From positions 1 through 64,000 of the forward strand of contig NMRA01000261.1 in assembly GCA_002633005.1 (NCBI GenBank): a DNA stretch of 64,000 nt. The letters run 5' to 3'. Below, in pieces: positions 50,301 through 63,900 of this stretch (position 1 is its first letter; each line of letters begins with the position of its first letter). Both the position numbers and the translations under genes were made by a program. Source of the DNA: Phoronis australis. Taxonomy: Eukaryota; Animalia; Phoronida. The notes beneath the pieces were generated by a model. The model made no database searches. It was not told where the DNA came from and saw only the letters and a program-made list of their open reading frames with translations.

Positions 50301-53300
50301 CTATTCAAAGAGGTATTCTTGGCTTTCTCACACACACAGCCTCTTTGACAGCTTTAGTAAGTGTCCAGAAGTTGTGACTTGGGATTCACCTGGATAAATG
50401 ATAATGTCCATCATTTTAAACTGTTTAAGTTCATATGTGCTACATACCACCACTGTCACTGTCATCCACATCCATAGGCTTGGACAAATCTTCCACGTCC
50501 TCAGAGATCTTTACATCAGTTGGCTTGGGCTTAGGTTTGGGTGGGGGCACACTCTTGTCCCCACCAAACTGTTTGAACCGTGACGAGACACCAGTTTTAG
50601 AGGGTGCAGTCTTGTCTTGTACCGAAGGTTTGTTCTCTTTCTCTTCTACAAGGACAAATAGGGAACACATAGTACTAAGTAGAGTATGGGTCAAGTGAAG
50701 TGTACCTAGTAACATTAGCACTAGCTATTGTATTGTATGGGGGTCGCAAGGTATTGTTTAACTTGTGAGAGTCATGCGACGGGCGAAAGCGCGTCGCATG
50801 GTTACCGCCTATGGGACACTGCCATTGTTTTCCTTTGTTCCACTATTGTTGGAAATAACAACAAAGGTCGCATGAATATTGTACCTTGGGCGCACATCAG
50901 CCAATTGCCGATAAATGCTTAACATTACCTTTATTTTAAGAACAAAAAACAAAGCAAACAATGGATACGTCTATCTACCGATCTCTGTGCGACGAGCTTG
51001 CGACGTAGTTTCTTGTGGGTGATCATCATGCAACCACTCACTGGCAATACCTCTGTTTATTGAGTGAATATGGCCACTAAGTTTATTTCAAGGACTATAG
51101 CTTATTACACACTGAAGCAAGTCTGTAACAAGATCATTACACAAAAAAGCAATAATAACCACAGACAGCACAATACTGTTGCATGGAATAAGAATAAAAC
51201 ATTTCCACCAGTACAAACACTAACTGTTTTGTCAACCAAAAATATCAATCAATTTTTATAAATTTCATGGTACTCAAAAGTAAGATGACACAGAACATGG
51301 AAAACCAAATCATAAAACAGAGTGCTGTTATTCTTCACACAAATATCTAAGTACAATAACAAAAATGCTTCCTGCCAACCTACACAGACTGTGTCATGCT
51401 TGACAAATATTAAACAAGGAGGGCATGCAAGCAGACGTCCAGGAAGGCACGCCAAACATGAGCCAACCTCGCAACTAATTCACACTGCAGGAGGTATATG
51501 CCTACCATCGTCTTGTTTAATCACGTGTCTTGCTGGTTTATTATCACTGTTGTGCGTTGGTTCAGGTGTGCGCTGTTTACAGTTCTGATGACCGTCCGTC
51601 TGTGAGTCGGTCGAGCCTTGCTTCGACAGCCATTTGTTTTTGTGCCTTTGTTTGCCGAACCCCTCCTCGTAGTTCCCTACAGTAGGTGGCAGAGTATCAG
51701 GCTCGACAGGTCACGTGACGTAGGATGTGACCTACATACCGAGTCAGCTAGCGCTAATGGCTAGAATTCTTTACACTTCAAGGGACATTATTGGTGTTAC
51801 AGACAAAAAATGCATTTTTGGTATTATTGCTGGGTGGGATAGACTTCTTGAAGTTATTAGCTTAGTCCAGAGCTACAAAACAACAAAATTCATTGTTTTT
51901 TTGTGATTTTATTACAAATTGTCAATTTTCTGTCTGCCAGACATCGCTCAAGTCAGGGTCAGTTTACTTTACCAATTCAATATGTTTAAAATACTCTGGC
52001 ATCTATAAAGTAGAGTTAAACTCCGTTAGACTGTGACCAGAGCGATAGCATGTTTGATTTTACAATGAGGCTTATCTCAGAAATCACATTTCCTATCGAT
52101 AATGTCCCTTTCAAAAAATATTGTCGCATAAAAATCGAGTGGGGTTTAGATCTGCCAGCAGACCATTAGGCAGCGAATTTGGGGATTACAGATTTGACTC
52201 TGTGTTGGGTCTCACTTAAAAAAATCCCATTTCTCACCAATAAAGTCCCTTCAACAGGTGAAACAAACCACATGCAGCAGATAACTGGCTTCAGTTCACA
52301 AATAATGTCATTAGTTCTACCAAGCCTGGCATTCAGGGCGAGCCTTAGAGAAGGTCACAAGACTATTATCATCTAATAACTACTGCCAACTTAAACTGGC
52401 ATCAAAACATGCAGACAAGCCAGCTGTCAATGAACAGCCATGTGACCAGGCATAGGGAATAGAGCAGCCCGCCATGCTCTTGTGGTCTGACACACACAAG
52501 ATGCTGAGACAGCCAACTGGAAACTTGAACCAGTCTAACGCACTTTGAATTTCAAACAAAATGGCTTGAGCAATGGTACAGACACGTCTTTCCTACCTTT
52601 TAGCTTGAAGAGCTCTTTGAAGTGTGGCTTGCAGAAAATCTGTCCATCTAGCGAAGCATAGTTACCCGCCCTATTCAATAAAACAACAGATAAAAAATGT
52701 AAATGAAGGTTTAAAAATATGTTATAAGTTAAGGCAAATTAGTGGTGGACTAATGTTTTTGTGGTGCCTTGCTTCATCAAATTCACCACTGCCTCAAATT
52801 CCTAGTTAAAAGAGTCCATTGGTGAATATATCAGGAGGAAGGTGTATTCAGTCAAGATACAGGTTATAAAATTTGAGTCCATTGTGCAGAACAGCTGATT
52901 CAAACTCAGCAATGTTCTTTCTCAGAAGCATTTTAAGTATATCGGTTTTATCGAACCAGAAACATGGATCAAGGCTTCTAAATCTTGTAAACATGACTAC
53001 TCACCTCAACCTGAGACAGGACTCATCACAAAAAACAACAAAACACATGACTAACACTCAGCTTAAGACATTCACATAAAATATGGACTTCTCTATGAGT
53101 AGAAGTGAAGCTCAGGTGCTTGAGGCTGTATGTGGGTCGTGGATGACCAATAATGAGATGCTAGTGGTCGACTTGGCAAGCCACAGCATTAAAAACTTGC
53201 TTGCGTGCATGTTTGAGACTTTTGAAAAAACCTTTGCTGAAACTGAGGTGGGACATTATCGGTTTTACGGCTGCAAAAATGCCTTTTTGTGGATTCTTGC

Positions 53301-54479
53301 AAGATGTGATAAACTTTAACTTATTAGCTTTGACAAGAGCTGTAAAACAACAAAGCCCTTTGCTCATGAGACCTTATTAAATTCCTAATTTTCGTCGTTG
53401 TCTACCAGTCATCCGCTGAATTTAAGGATGGTGACTTCATGAGTTCAACATGTTTAAAATACTTTGCCACTTAATGAGAGGGATTTAGATATATCAGTAG
53501 AGCACTAGGCTGTAACTGTAACCATTTTAGGTTTGACTCCGCACTGAGGCTCATCTCGGAAATAACTTTTGGAGTTGATAACGTTTTTTAAGTAGTGACA
53601 CGCACGTTACGAAATGACTATAGATATATACTAGAACCAACTACGCTTGCTAAGGTATTACCTCAATGTATTCTTGCACTTGTTACACTTAAAGCAGGTC
53701 TTATGGTAGACGACGCCTTCTACCACTAACTTCTCCATCTCGTACACATAGATATTACACACTGGACACTTCTCTCGCTTTGGCTGAAACCAGACGTACA
53801 TACAAACGTAACACTTTACAGTGAAGCTGTTTTTGATTCTGAGGATTGTGTCTTAATCAACGCCAAAACATGTCAAGCCTATTTAAATCCACTGTTGTTT
53901 TTATCAACTGAAGCTGTTATGCGACACGAGATGATCTAGACGTTCAATGATATCAAATTCAAACTAGGAAAGACTGAATCTACCAAGAATGTTATATTGA
54001 AGCCCATTTCAAAAGTCCACCAAATTTCTCGGGATGGTAACAGCAGCATTAGTAGTAATAATGAACTTGACTCCTTCACCTCATGATCGTGTAAATAACT
54101 GTGCATTAACCAGCAGACCACTAAGAAGCAAAAATAGTACAGTAACTATAGATGGCACTGCTAATGTAATGAAGCAAAATGAAGGAATCTGATGCTTGCA
54201 GTCCACCACATTTTAAAAACAGAACGACTTCATACTCCCACAAAGATTAAGAAAGTAATTTAAGTGTATCACCTTAGGGCTCAACAGGTATTGAGCAAAT
54301 GATAAAACAAGAAGGGGCGTGTCTCACCAGTTGGAACTTCTTCTTTATTGATGACTCTACTGGCGCTGGCTCTACCTTTTGACTGGAGTCTCCATTGGAC
54401 TGATCATTGGCATTTGGACTGGATGAGGCTGGTTTGTTGGTCTCGAAACGACTCATGCGCGCCTTAATGCCCCCAACAC
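41319..54479 (-). CDS. EPLIN/LIMA1/XIRP2/LIMD2-like LIM-domain actin-binding protein, 5'-partial. Exons 54479-54328, 53783-53662, 52670-52597, 51676-51506, 50645-50448, 49615-49474, 47776-47691, [46555-45596], 43920-43749, 41412-41319
   Basis: Spliced LIM domain [63 protein letters not shown] has the EPLIN-type tail. All GT-AG junctions are phase-consistent; stop TGA at 41321-41319. Confidence 0.88.
45596..46555 (-). CDS. 960-nt acidic, phase-symmetric (1/1) cassette exon of the LIM gene
   Basis: cttgtag|CT acceptor, TCA A|gtaatg donor, 320 open codons rich in D/E/S. Confidence 0.7.
46160..46250 (-). repeat. 18-bp coding repeat (DDEPAS x~5)
   Basis: ctcatcatcactggctgg units. Confidence 0.9.
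46421..47443. other. 511-bp direct duplication around N 46932, probably a contig-overlap or haplotype artifact
   Basis: 46421-46931 and 46933-47443 differ at 3 positions. Confidence 0.85.
48900..49128. repeat. 16-bp minisatellite (gatcagatgtcaagtt, ~14 copies)
   Basis: Directly visible, with variants gacatc and gaaatc. Confidence 0.92.
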
Positions 54480-55806
54480 CTGCAAGGAACAATGTCAATC
54501 TTAAGCTCAAACCACTATGATCCAAAGTAAGAACATGTGCTGTGTTTAGATGTTACCATTGATAGGACCAAATGATTTGTGTTTATTGATGGACCAAGTG
54601 TAACAGGGTCGTTTACCACACTAGCATGGCTTCGACAGGTTCTGCCATACACCCTATGAGTGCAGAAATTACAGGTTTTAGAACCAACACATGAAATTTT
54701 GTTTGCTCATCATGGTTCATAAAACTTAAAGGAGATCAGAAATAAATGATACTCCACACATACATCCACTTGTCTGGTTGATTTCTTCTCATGAATTATA
54801 ACTTCCAAAGTGTTTGACAATTTTCCTTGATTACCACTCAACTCTTGTCCATTTTTGTTTTCACCGGAGGAGTCTTCGTTACATCAACTCTGTCATATGA
54901 TAGTCATCTATTCTGTACTACTGGTTTCAATTGACTTGTGGGCTGTAGCGCTTTAAACCTGATGCTGGGAATTGAATTCCTTAAAAAATCTGTTTTTTGC
55001 AACTAATTGGAATAGCAAAGCTGAAAGGCATGTCACAAAGGAGTGTAGGCACAATGTAAAAGATATCTATGGACTCAGTGTGGAGGAATTCCTTGCATTA
55101 TCTGCATGGATGCCTATTTGTTGCTTGTTTCATGTAGACAGTTTTTATAGCCCCAGGGACATCAATGCAATGATAGAGTGCATTTTGCCCTACCTCAAAA
55201 CCAATGACAGGCTGACACCACAGTGTCAATCGGAACTATGTCAAATTCCCTTTACACACATGGTTGCCTGTATCAGTTTGCACTATGTCAACAGTGTCAT
55301 ACATACATGACAACATCAATTCTACCTTACAGTAATTCTTCTAATGGAATCCCTTGCAGGGAGGTATTTCAGGGAGGTATTTCCGACATTCTTCAGATCT
55401 GGTCATTATTAAGAGACCTGGCATCTATTAATCAGACCAAAACTGAGACGGAACAGTAAAGAAAACCTTGAGCCAACTAACAAAGGTAACAAATGCATGA
55501 CAGCCCCGGTCTCCATAAGAGGCTTTACCTTATTTTTATCATGGCCTCGACAGACATGGTAAATAAATTTCACTCAGAAAAATAACACTTTACTGATTGT
55601 GAACAAATGAAACCAGTGTAACTAAGATGGTGACAACATCAATTTTAATACTATTATTAGCATTATCTTGGTCTATTTGAAACGACCTCTTGTATATTTA
55701 CACTGTCACCACGTTTCGGTTGGTCTATTTTTTGGCCATTGTCAGGAGTTCTCGCGTTCTTAGAAGAACAATCACGGATATGTGGTACACTCATGATGTG
55801 ATTTTT

Positions 55807-55878
55807 TGTCCGAGGCAAGATTTGAATCTACGATCTCTGAAACTACAGATAATTCGAGTCCAGCTACACCACGGAGTC
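55807..55878 (-). pseudogene. tRNA-like (Pol III A/B box) segment within the Penelope terminal repeat
   Basis: Minus strand ctccgTGGTGTAGCTGG..tctg-tagttt-caga..GATTCAAATCttgcctcggaca, ~71 nt. The inverted copy has GGTTCAAATCC at ~57759. Confidence 0.6.
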
Positions 55879-57841
55879 ATTTATTTACTAAGAGGGAATT
55901 TTATTATACTTAAACCTTCCTAAGTAGACTGAGCCAGGTGTCAGTGGTTGTTTGCTTGGCTGACTGAAGACATCGCCTTGTACTTTCATGTACACGGTTT
56001 CCTTGATTTTTCTCTTGGTCCAACCTGTTTCGCTGTCAAGTATTCGGATGTTATTCCACTGGATGTTGAGTTGTTTTGACCACATGTGTTCTGCTACTCC
56101 TGATGACGTATTACCCTCTCTACAACACCTCTTATGTTCAGCAATTTTCGTCTCCAGTGGTCTTAATGTTTCACTGATATATGATTCACCACATTGACAT
56201 GGGATTTCATAGATGACATTTTTCTTTTTCCCCCATGTCAGTTTTTGTTTTGACTTTTGTCAGTCGCCGACCCAGTGTGTATACTGTTCTAGCGTCCTAG
56301 CTTCTCACTTATTCCGGGTATATATGGTAAGCACATAGTCTGCAGTGGGCGTTCTTCTGCCACTTTCTCTTTTCTCTGCGACGTTAAAGTTGACTTGATG
56401 AAATCCCTTGGGTAGCCATTTCTTTCCAATGTCTCCGTCAGGTTGGTCATTTCTGCTTGGAGTGCTGCATCACTGCAGATTTCTTTTGATCTTGATGCAA
56501 GGCATTTGATTATACCCTTCTTGACTCCTTTGGTGTGGTTGGAGTTGAAGTCGAGGTATCGTCCTGTGTGGGTCTTCTTATAGTAGACTGACGTTGTTAA
56601 CTGTCCTTCAACACGAGTCACTAGTACGTCTAGGAATGGGAGACTGTTATATGTCTCTTACTCCATTGTGAATCTAATTGTAGGCGCTATGCTGTTCAGA
56701 TGGTCAAAGAACTCTTGTGGATTTTCTGAGTCTTGGCTAAATATTGTGAATGTGTCATCAACGTATCGATCGTTTCCACATCTTCGGGGGTTTGTTAGCT
56801 GCGCTGAGAACTGTTTGTTCGAACCACTCCATGTACAAGTTAGATAAGACTGGTGATAGTGGTGAACCCATTGCCATTCCTTGTGTCTGCTCGTAGAACT
56901 TGTCTTGGTATTGGAAGTAGGTGGTATTGACACAGAATGTCACTAATTCCAGAATGGAGCCTATTGGGAGGTTTACATCCTCTGATGGCTTGTGGTCATG
57001 TTCTAATTTTGACCTGAGTAATGGGAGAACCTCTGATGTTGAGCCCATTACGTACAAGTCGGTTTTTCCAACTAGTGGGGATATGCTGTTGTTGAGGAAC
57101 CTAGCTAGTTGGTGGCAGGGAGAACCAATGTTGCTTATAATTGGTCTCATTGTCATATCAGGTTTGTGTATCTTAGGTTTACCATACATGTGCAGGCTTT
57201 CGTGTTGTTAGGGTTGATTCTCTGGAGTATGTCACGTGGTAAGGAGCCTTCTACAGTTTTCAGGAGGGATTTGATTTTTCTTTCCACGCTCTTGGTCTTG
57301 TCAGATTTTACTCCCTTGTACTGCCAACTAGATAGTAGATCAATCATCTTCCTGTTGTAGTCATCCTTATTAAGCATTGCCTTTGTCAGCTTGTAGGATG
57401 ATGATGTTTTCATCCCGTGATAGGCTACGAAGGGCCATCTCTTCATTCCTGTTTAAGTTGTTTCTTGGCATTTTGGCTATGGTGAGTGATTTCCTACACT
57501 TAACACGTATGGTTTCCCTATCAGCAGCTGGTAGCTTGGTGGTGGCTGCTTCAATGCTGGCTACAACATCCATTGTTGGCATTCTTTTCGGTCGGATGGC
57601 ATATTTCAGACCTTTGGACGGAAGTAGGGATTCGGCAAGTGACAGTTCTCTGCTTGATTTATTCACAACCACATCTTGCATATGTGGTCTTTCCCTGGGT
57701 TGTTCTTTCAGCTTTTTGAATGTCAGGACCTGAATTATCTGTAGTTTCAGAAGCCATTGGTTCAAATCCTGCCTCGGACAAAAAAAAATCATGCCATGAG
57801 GGTACCACATATCCGTGCTCCTTCTTCTAAGAACGTGGGAA

Positions 57842-57883
57842 CACCTGACGATGGCCGGAGAATAGACCGACCGAAACGTCGTG
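57842..57883 (+). ncRNA. Minimal type I hammerhead ribozyme motif (Penelope-type)
   Basis: CAC-CUGACGA-U-GGCCGG(agaauaga)CCGACC-GAAAC-GUC^GUG: both core boxes, stem II with one mismatch, 3-bp stem I, palindromic ACGU in place of stem III. A degenerate copy lies on the minus strand at ~55707-55748. Confidence 0.7.
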
Positions 57884-59489
57884 ACAGTGTAAATAGACAA
57901 GAGGTCGGCGTAAATAGACCAAGAAATCTTAATAATAGTAACATGCCACCACCTCAGAGCACTTTCAGAAAGTCATCAATTTTAATACAAAACGTCTCAC
58001 AACACTGAATTTCAAAAATCCATGTACTATATAAGACAAAAGCAATAAGACAAAATACTGTTTCTTTGTCGTGACACTTAATTCTGTCAACAGCCAAAAT
58101 GATTAGTAATAACCACCGAGGCAGCAAACTTCTATTTACAGAATGCCTTAGCTTCCTCACTAACTTTCCAGTAATTCACTTTCATTCTAGATCATAACGA
58201 AGACTACCCCCACAGTAAATCCCGCATCCGCTCAGCTGCCATAACCGTGAATTCTGGGTCATTGATTTTGTCTAAATACTTTTGGCTTTTACTGTGTTAA
58301 CATATTACCAACGCTAAAATATGCTAGAAATTAGCAAGACTTACCCCCAAAACCTGACATGGTTCTCGCAACTGCAGTCGGTTAACTAAAAGCAGATCAG
58401 AGTGTCTGTAAGAGAGAGTAATACCATTAGTAGTGTTCCACAGCATCAAGGCACAGACCTCATGAAGACTAGAAGTTTTAGTTACCCATACTTCCACAAC
58501 AATAGCCATTCAAAGGAAAATATTTGAGTTGGCAAACAGAAAAGTAAAAGAAGTGAACCTACTAGTACATTGCCATGACAAAACATCAAGAGCTTGATAG
58601 TAATAATATGTTTATCACATTAGCTAGTTTTTTAATGAGTTCAACTGTCATAGGCAGATTTGAAGTACTTGAACACATGTTAGCATTTATGGCAGACTGA
58701 ATGTTGTTCTTGGCAACAACAGCAAAAGGCAATGCAATTCCAACAGACCAAAATGTCAGTCCACTCTTCTGTTTGGGCTCAATGTTTACAGCAAGTAATA
58801 GTGACTTGAAGTAATGTGTTATGTCAATGCAATTGCTTAAGAAAATTGTCTGGTCTTTACAGCCTAACTTGTGGTCAGAACTCTGTAATGTTTTTGATGG
58901 TATTTGATACGCTAAAAATAAGCTAGTAGTTTATTTTTGAACATTTGATTATTTGTTTTCATATTTCTGTTGAAAGGAATCAGTTGAATCCGGAGAGCGA
59001 TTTGCTTTTGCAAAGATCTAGAACTGTTTCTCGAGTTAGAGTGAATTTTCACACGTAGCAAAACTGTTGTTTTGGTATTTAGTGCAAAGCAACCACTTTC
59101 AATTTTTTATTTTAGTGATTTTTAAGAACACCACTAGCTTCACAGAACAATGGCCTATTTTTAAATTTCGCCCTCTTCCAGACATTAAAAGTCTATAACT
59201 ACAGCCAGAGTAATGGCGAGACATGCAGCCATGGTGATGACAGTCATGGAGAAGACAGGCATGAAGAAGACTGTCATAGTAATAAGATATCACCAACCAC
59301 AGACTAATGACTACACTGTCTGATGACTATGGAGAGAGTCCCGCGACTCCCACCTGCTCACAGTAGCACTCCTGTCTGAAATCTACTGCAGCCAATTACA
59401 GGCTTCTACCTAGGCAAGCAGGTGATAAGTGTGTTGTCATATCTAGTCACCTCAACATCATCTTTCATAAAGTAAGGAATATTCAATTA

Positions 59490-59716
59490 CAGGGCCATTG
59501 ACGCCTCAATTTGGGGGCTGAATATCAACCCCTCTGTTCAAAGGAAAACACTTAAAAATCACGCAAAATCACTGTCACGAGGCTAAAAAATTCCCCTCCT
59601 GTGATTAAAACATTTCCCTCAAGACTCAAATCACTTCTGAAAAACTTGGCTACTTGGTGACCAGAGAAGGAATTGGTGGCACAGGTAGCTTTTCTCCCAG
59701 GTGAACAAGGGCCCTG
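59490..59716. mobile_element. Probable MITE (cagggcc...ggccctg); related fragment at ~32081-32200
   Basis: Short TIR and shared aatt(t)gggg(g)cYgaatatcaac; no TSD recognised. Confidence 0.5.
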
Positions 59717-60842
59717 ACTTAGCATATTAAGACAATTCTTCAGTATTTGTCCTTGCCATTTCAAAAAACATGTTGTCTTTGGCAAGCTTTAAGAAAAGGA
59801 TTTTGTGATATTTTTGAGACAGTGAAGAAAACAAATATCTTGGAATCAACTAATACACAAAAAGATCTGTTTCTCAGTATTTCTGATGATAACAGAGGCC
59901 ACAAATACGGAATACACTTGAACACTTGAGACAAAATTTGATAATAACAAGTGCGTTTGGCCATCTCAAGAGCCATCTATATGGTGGATAAGTTAAACTG
60001 CATTTTGGGTACAGAAACTACTACCCTACTTAACCAATGATGGTCTGATCGCAATGCAAATGTAGAACCCCCACCCCATTACTACAAAGATCGAACAAAG
60101 AGAGGAGTTAGAACACATGGTAAATACATTACTGTGATATCTTGAGAGAGACTTCATTACCTAAAAAAGTGCATCAGTCTTTAAGCTGCTAACAAAATGT
60201 CAGTGGAGGAAATGCATGGAATGCTTGGCCTGAAAATTCAAACATGGCTATCAACTACAAGTTTAGAACCACTCCAGTGTATCTATTTTTAACTTGAACA
60301 TTCACAAATCATGGAGATCACAGTTTAACAAACCCAGCTGGATACTGATCAAGCACAGCATAAAGTCACTGCCTGGAAATATGAGTTATTGATGACTTGA
60401 CAGTGGAAGACCAGTAAGAATTCTTCAAAATAGTATTTCTGATTACAAATTACAATCTGTACATAACAAGTTTTGGACGGCATATCAACCATGTACATGA
60501 AACATGGCAAACAGCGGAGAGGTCTTGAGATGCCAGAATTTTGCTAAGCGCGCTCAGTGTGATCACGTGCTTTGCTTGTAACAAATGTTGATATCTCACA
60601 GAGTCTTGATCATTTTCCCCAAAATTCTCACCTCTACGAAACACATGCTGACAGGTAACAATCTGGTACTGTCTAAATCTGACTGCATTGATTGCATCTC
60701 GACTGGGGCAATCTGCAGAAAACCTAGATTACTATGGATGAACTGGGAAATGACTGTGTGAGGACAGATGCCCAATCCAAGAATGCATAATCCCATTCAC
60801 AATAAAGTAATCATCTTCCAGCAGGTATTCATCAAGGATTTC

Positions 60843-60925
60843 AGGCGGCAGTGTGGCCCATTGGTTTACGTGTCCGCTTCGTTTACAGAGGGTCGTGGAT
60901 TCAAGTTCCACTGGGGCGTACTGCT
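60843..60925 (+). mobile_element. Degenerate tRNA-derived SINE head
   Basis: A-box-like tggcccattgg and B-box-like ggattcaagttcc at tRNA-like spacing. Confidence 0.45.
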
Positions 60926-63900
60926 AGACCAGGCCTCTATCTTCTCAGTTTGGTTTTAATTATATATTAATACAGCATAAAAATGGTGATCAGTGTAATG
61001 GGTCCACCTAAGCGGTCTGCGCACCTGGTACAATGTGTACCAGACACCGTGCAATTACGTTTTTATTTATTTAAAAATAGGGTGCCCAAAACCGGTTTTC
61101 TAATTTCAAAGGGCATCCATGAATAATAGTGTGATAGCATTTTTATAACCCCAAGTCAAATTATTGTTTTAGAGTGGTATGTTGCTGTGGAAACATGCTC
61201 TTGCAATGGAGTTTTTGTATCATACATCATTTCTAAACCAACCTTTTTATTCTTGTCAGGTCAATGACCTCCCAGTGTTCTTACCAAGTTAAAAGACACC
61301 ACGTTTACTTCACTTGGGCATCTAAATGCTGAACAGGGCGTCCTCACTGGACACACAGTAGATGAAGGTCTATCTCCCAGTTTACATTATAAAAACAGAA
61401 TCAGTTTAGACCCTGCTGCATCACCTCCACACTTCTCACCTGTCAAGAGCTTCCTTTTATAAGCAATGGGTAATTGGAATGTTTTCATGGCATTTGCTTA
61501 TCATTTTCAATTGGCAAAACAAATTTCTTGAAGTCTGTTAATTTGTCATGAAGTTTTTTGTGTGTTCACATTACTATCACATTTTTCATCAGATTAATTA
61601 ACATGAAATTTACATACACACAACATATGTATCGTAAAAAGCTCGAGGCAATTAGACAAAATATAGTGTTGGGATGAACATTTTTGATAATCGTTTGAGG
61701 AGAAACACAACGATGTGAATATGAAGTACGCTGAAAATTGTCAAATATTTTTAACAATGAGTTTTGTGGCAAAAATGATCCACCACAAATCACTGAACTG
61801 CGCCTTGTAAGTGTCCTGATGTGGTGTTGGGGAATAACACTGCATGGTGCAGACTATGTAAGCTAACTGCTTGCGAGGTATGTTACTGAAAAGGTCACCT
61901 ATTAGCAGAATTTTTTGTTTTCACATTTACGACTTGTCAATGAATACAACTGCACTTTGATTAGCTTAGATTACGTTAAATTAACGTTATTATTTAGTTC
62001 CTGTTATGCATTAGCATAGTTTGGAACATGCAAATACATCTTTAAGGTTTATGCAAATTAGCTTCTAGTCCAAGTTTATACTTGGTGACCCCTAGCTTCA
62101 AACTACGACCTTGTGATTTTGAGTAAAATCTCAAAAATTCAGACTCGGAACTTTAAGCCTTAATGCTGGGGTCATCAAGTGCAAACTAGGATTAAATAGT
62201 TATCCACATACGCCATTCTGTACTGGAACACAGAATAACAGGCACTTAATCCTGAGTAGAGTAGAAAATGTCAAAAACAATTTCCATTTCAACCCCGGGT
62301 CAAAGAGTATATCAACAGTTTCTTCATGTGATTTACCCATCTCGTGTTATTAAAATTTATTTGATGCGAAGATGGCTACTTATTGACCGATTCCTCAATG
62401 CACTTTCTCTGTTCTCCTAGCCTTTGTTGTCAACTCTAACTTTGAAGTCTTTCAATCGATTTCGTCAAGAAACGCTGCTCTCAGCGCTTTTGTTCTTCAG
62501 TGATGGTCATGATGGCAGTGAGATGATATAAAGGAAGGCTAAAATTTGGGACATTATAAGACACAGACACAGGACACAGATCTACACACAAGCAACTATA
62601 CATCAACTCCCAATCTGAGGCGGAAAGATTCAACAATGCATTCACACTCACAAGGTAGGAATTGATTTAGGTTTAATCAATTCCAAACTACCTCCACAAG
62701 CTGGTTCAGGTTTTGAACCTATGAAAAACTATTTTAAAGTTAAATCCTTCCAGCAAAAGCAGCAGCAAGATGTGGGATTTTTGTTCTTCCAGTATTAGTA
62801 AATTGTCAGGGGAACAGAAAGTAACAGAAAATGTATCTCTGAGATAAAGTATTACGAATATGCAATGTCATCAAAAACGGTTGCATTCCCCTCCAAACAA
62901 TTCCACAGCAAAGAATGGATTGTTGGAAGTTGAATGAGCTGATCAGAAACCAGGAGATGGTTTTACAAACTGAAAGTGACTGTGCATTAGAGATAACATA
63001 GATCAAATGAGAAACGCCCTGTTGTGGTTTGAATGTGTGGTGCTCCAGACTGGACTGTGACAGAATGATACAAAACCAGTAGCCAAGTAGACTAAAGCTA
63101 CACATCAACAAGACAGCTTACACATGACCCTGAACACTCCTGCCCACATAAGCACCCACACTCTACTTTTGAAGCATGTTGGATTAAGCGCCCAGTGGTG
63201 GGCTAAGGGTCAACACTCTAACTTCTGAGAATTTTCAATTATTTTTCAATTAAGCGGCCACTGCAGGAGTCAACATCCTTCCAAAATTTACTCCGCCAAA
63301 GTCATTTTCAAACCAGGAGGCAGGAAGGTGCGCTTTCAAATGTGGAAACTAGATCAATTTCGAGCTAAAATAGACAATTATGGTCTACAGTCAGCGAAAG
63401 ACTCTCATTCCTTAATTTTCAAAAAAAACTTGTCCTTTCTCACAATTTTAAGAGCTAAATCCCGGTCCTGGTTACCTCTGGAAGTGACAAGAATGACGAG
63501 GGCACGTGACACATTTCTGTGGCTAACCTATATTTTTCCATATATGGCATGTATTCAGTGCCAAGGGAGCAAACTCCAATCACGCAATAATGGAAATCCA
63601 GAGCATAATTTTTTGAGGCTTTAATTTCATGCAAAATTAATTATTGAATACCTTAATAGCATATGTCGCACGTTTTGCAAGTGAAATTTGCATGGCATCA
63701 TTCCCACACATCAAGACTTCATTCGATCACCACCTCAGTTGTAGATTTATCATCTTTGATGACTTTCATGGGATTTATATGGCGCGTTAGTCCAAGAATT
63801 TTGTTAGGTATTGTTAAGGTGTATTTTCTCCTTTTTCAAGCTGCACTCAAGAGCAATGATTCAACCGTGGCATGTTGCATAGGCAACTGTAGTAGCCTTG

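Larger units (their letters stand above)
55649..57939 (-). mobile_element. Penelope-like retroelement (RT + GIY-YIG endonuclease), frameshifted, with inverted terminal repeats
   Basis: ADKGN, YGKPKIHK..MRPIIS, QTQGMAMGSPLSPVLSNLYME, RYVDDTF, VYYKKTHTGRYLDFNSNH, and GIY-YIG VIYEIPCQCGESYISET.R.L..KIAEH..AEH...RKIKE. 55649-55861 and 57726-57939 are inverted copies. Confidence 0.92.

Noticed and set aside
55320-55430. Candidate upstream coding exon of the LIM gene
   Set aside because: Stops in all three frames; could be UTR but is unsupported.
62390-62520. Candidate start exon of the LIM gene (ATG ACC ATC ACT GAA..)
   Set aside because: In-frame stop after 9 codons and no compatible donor.
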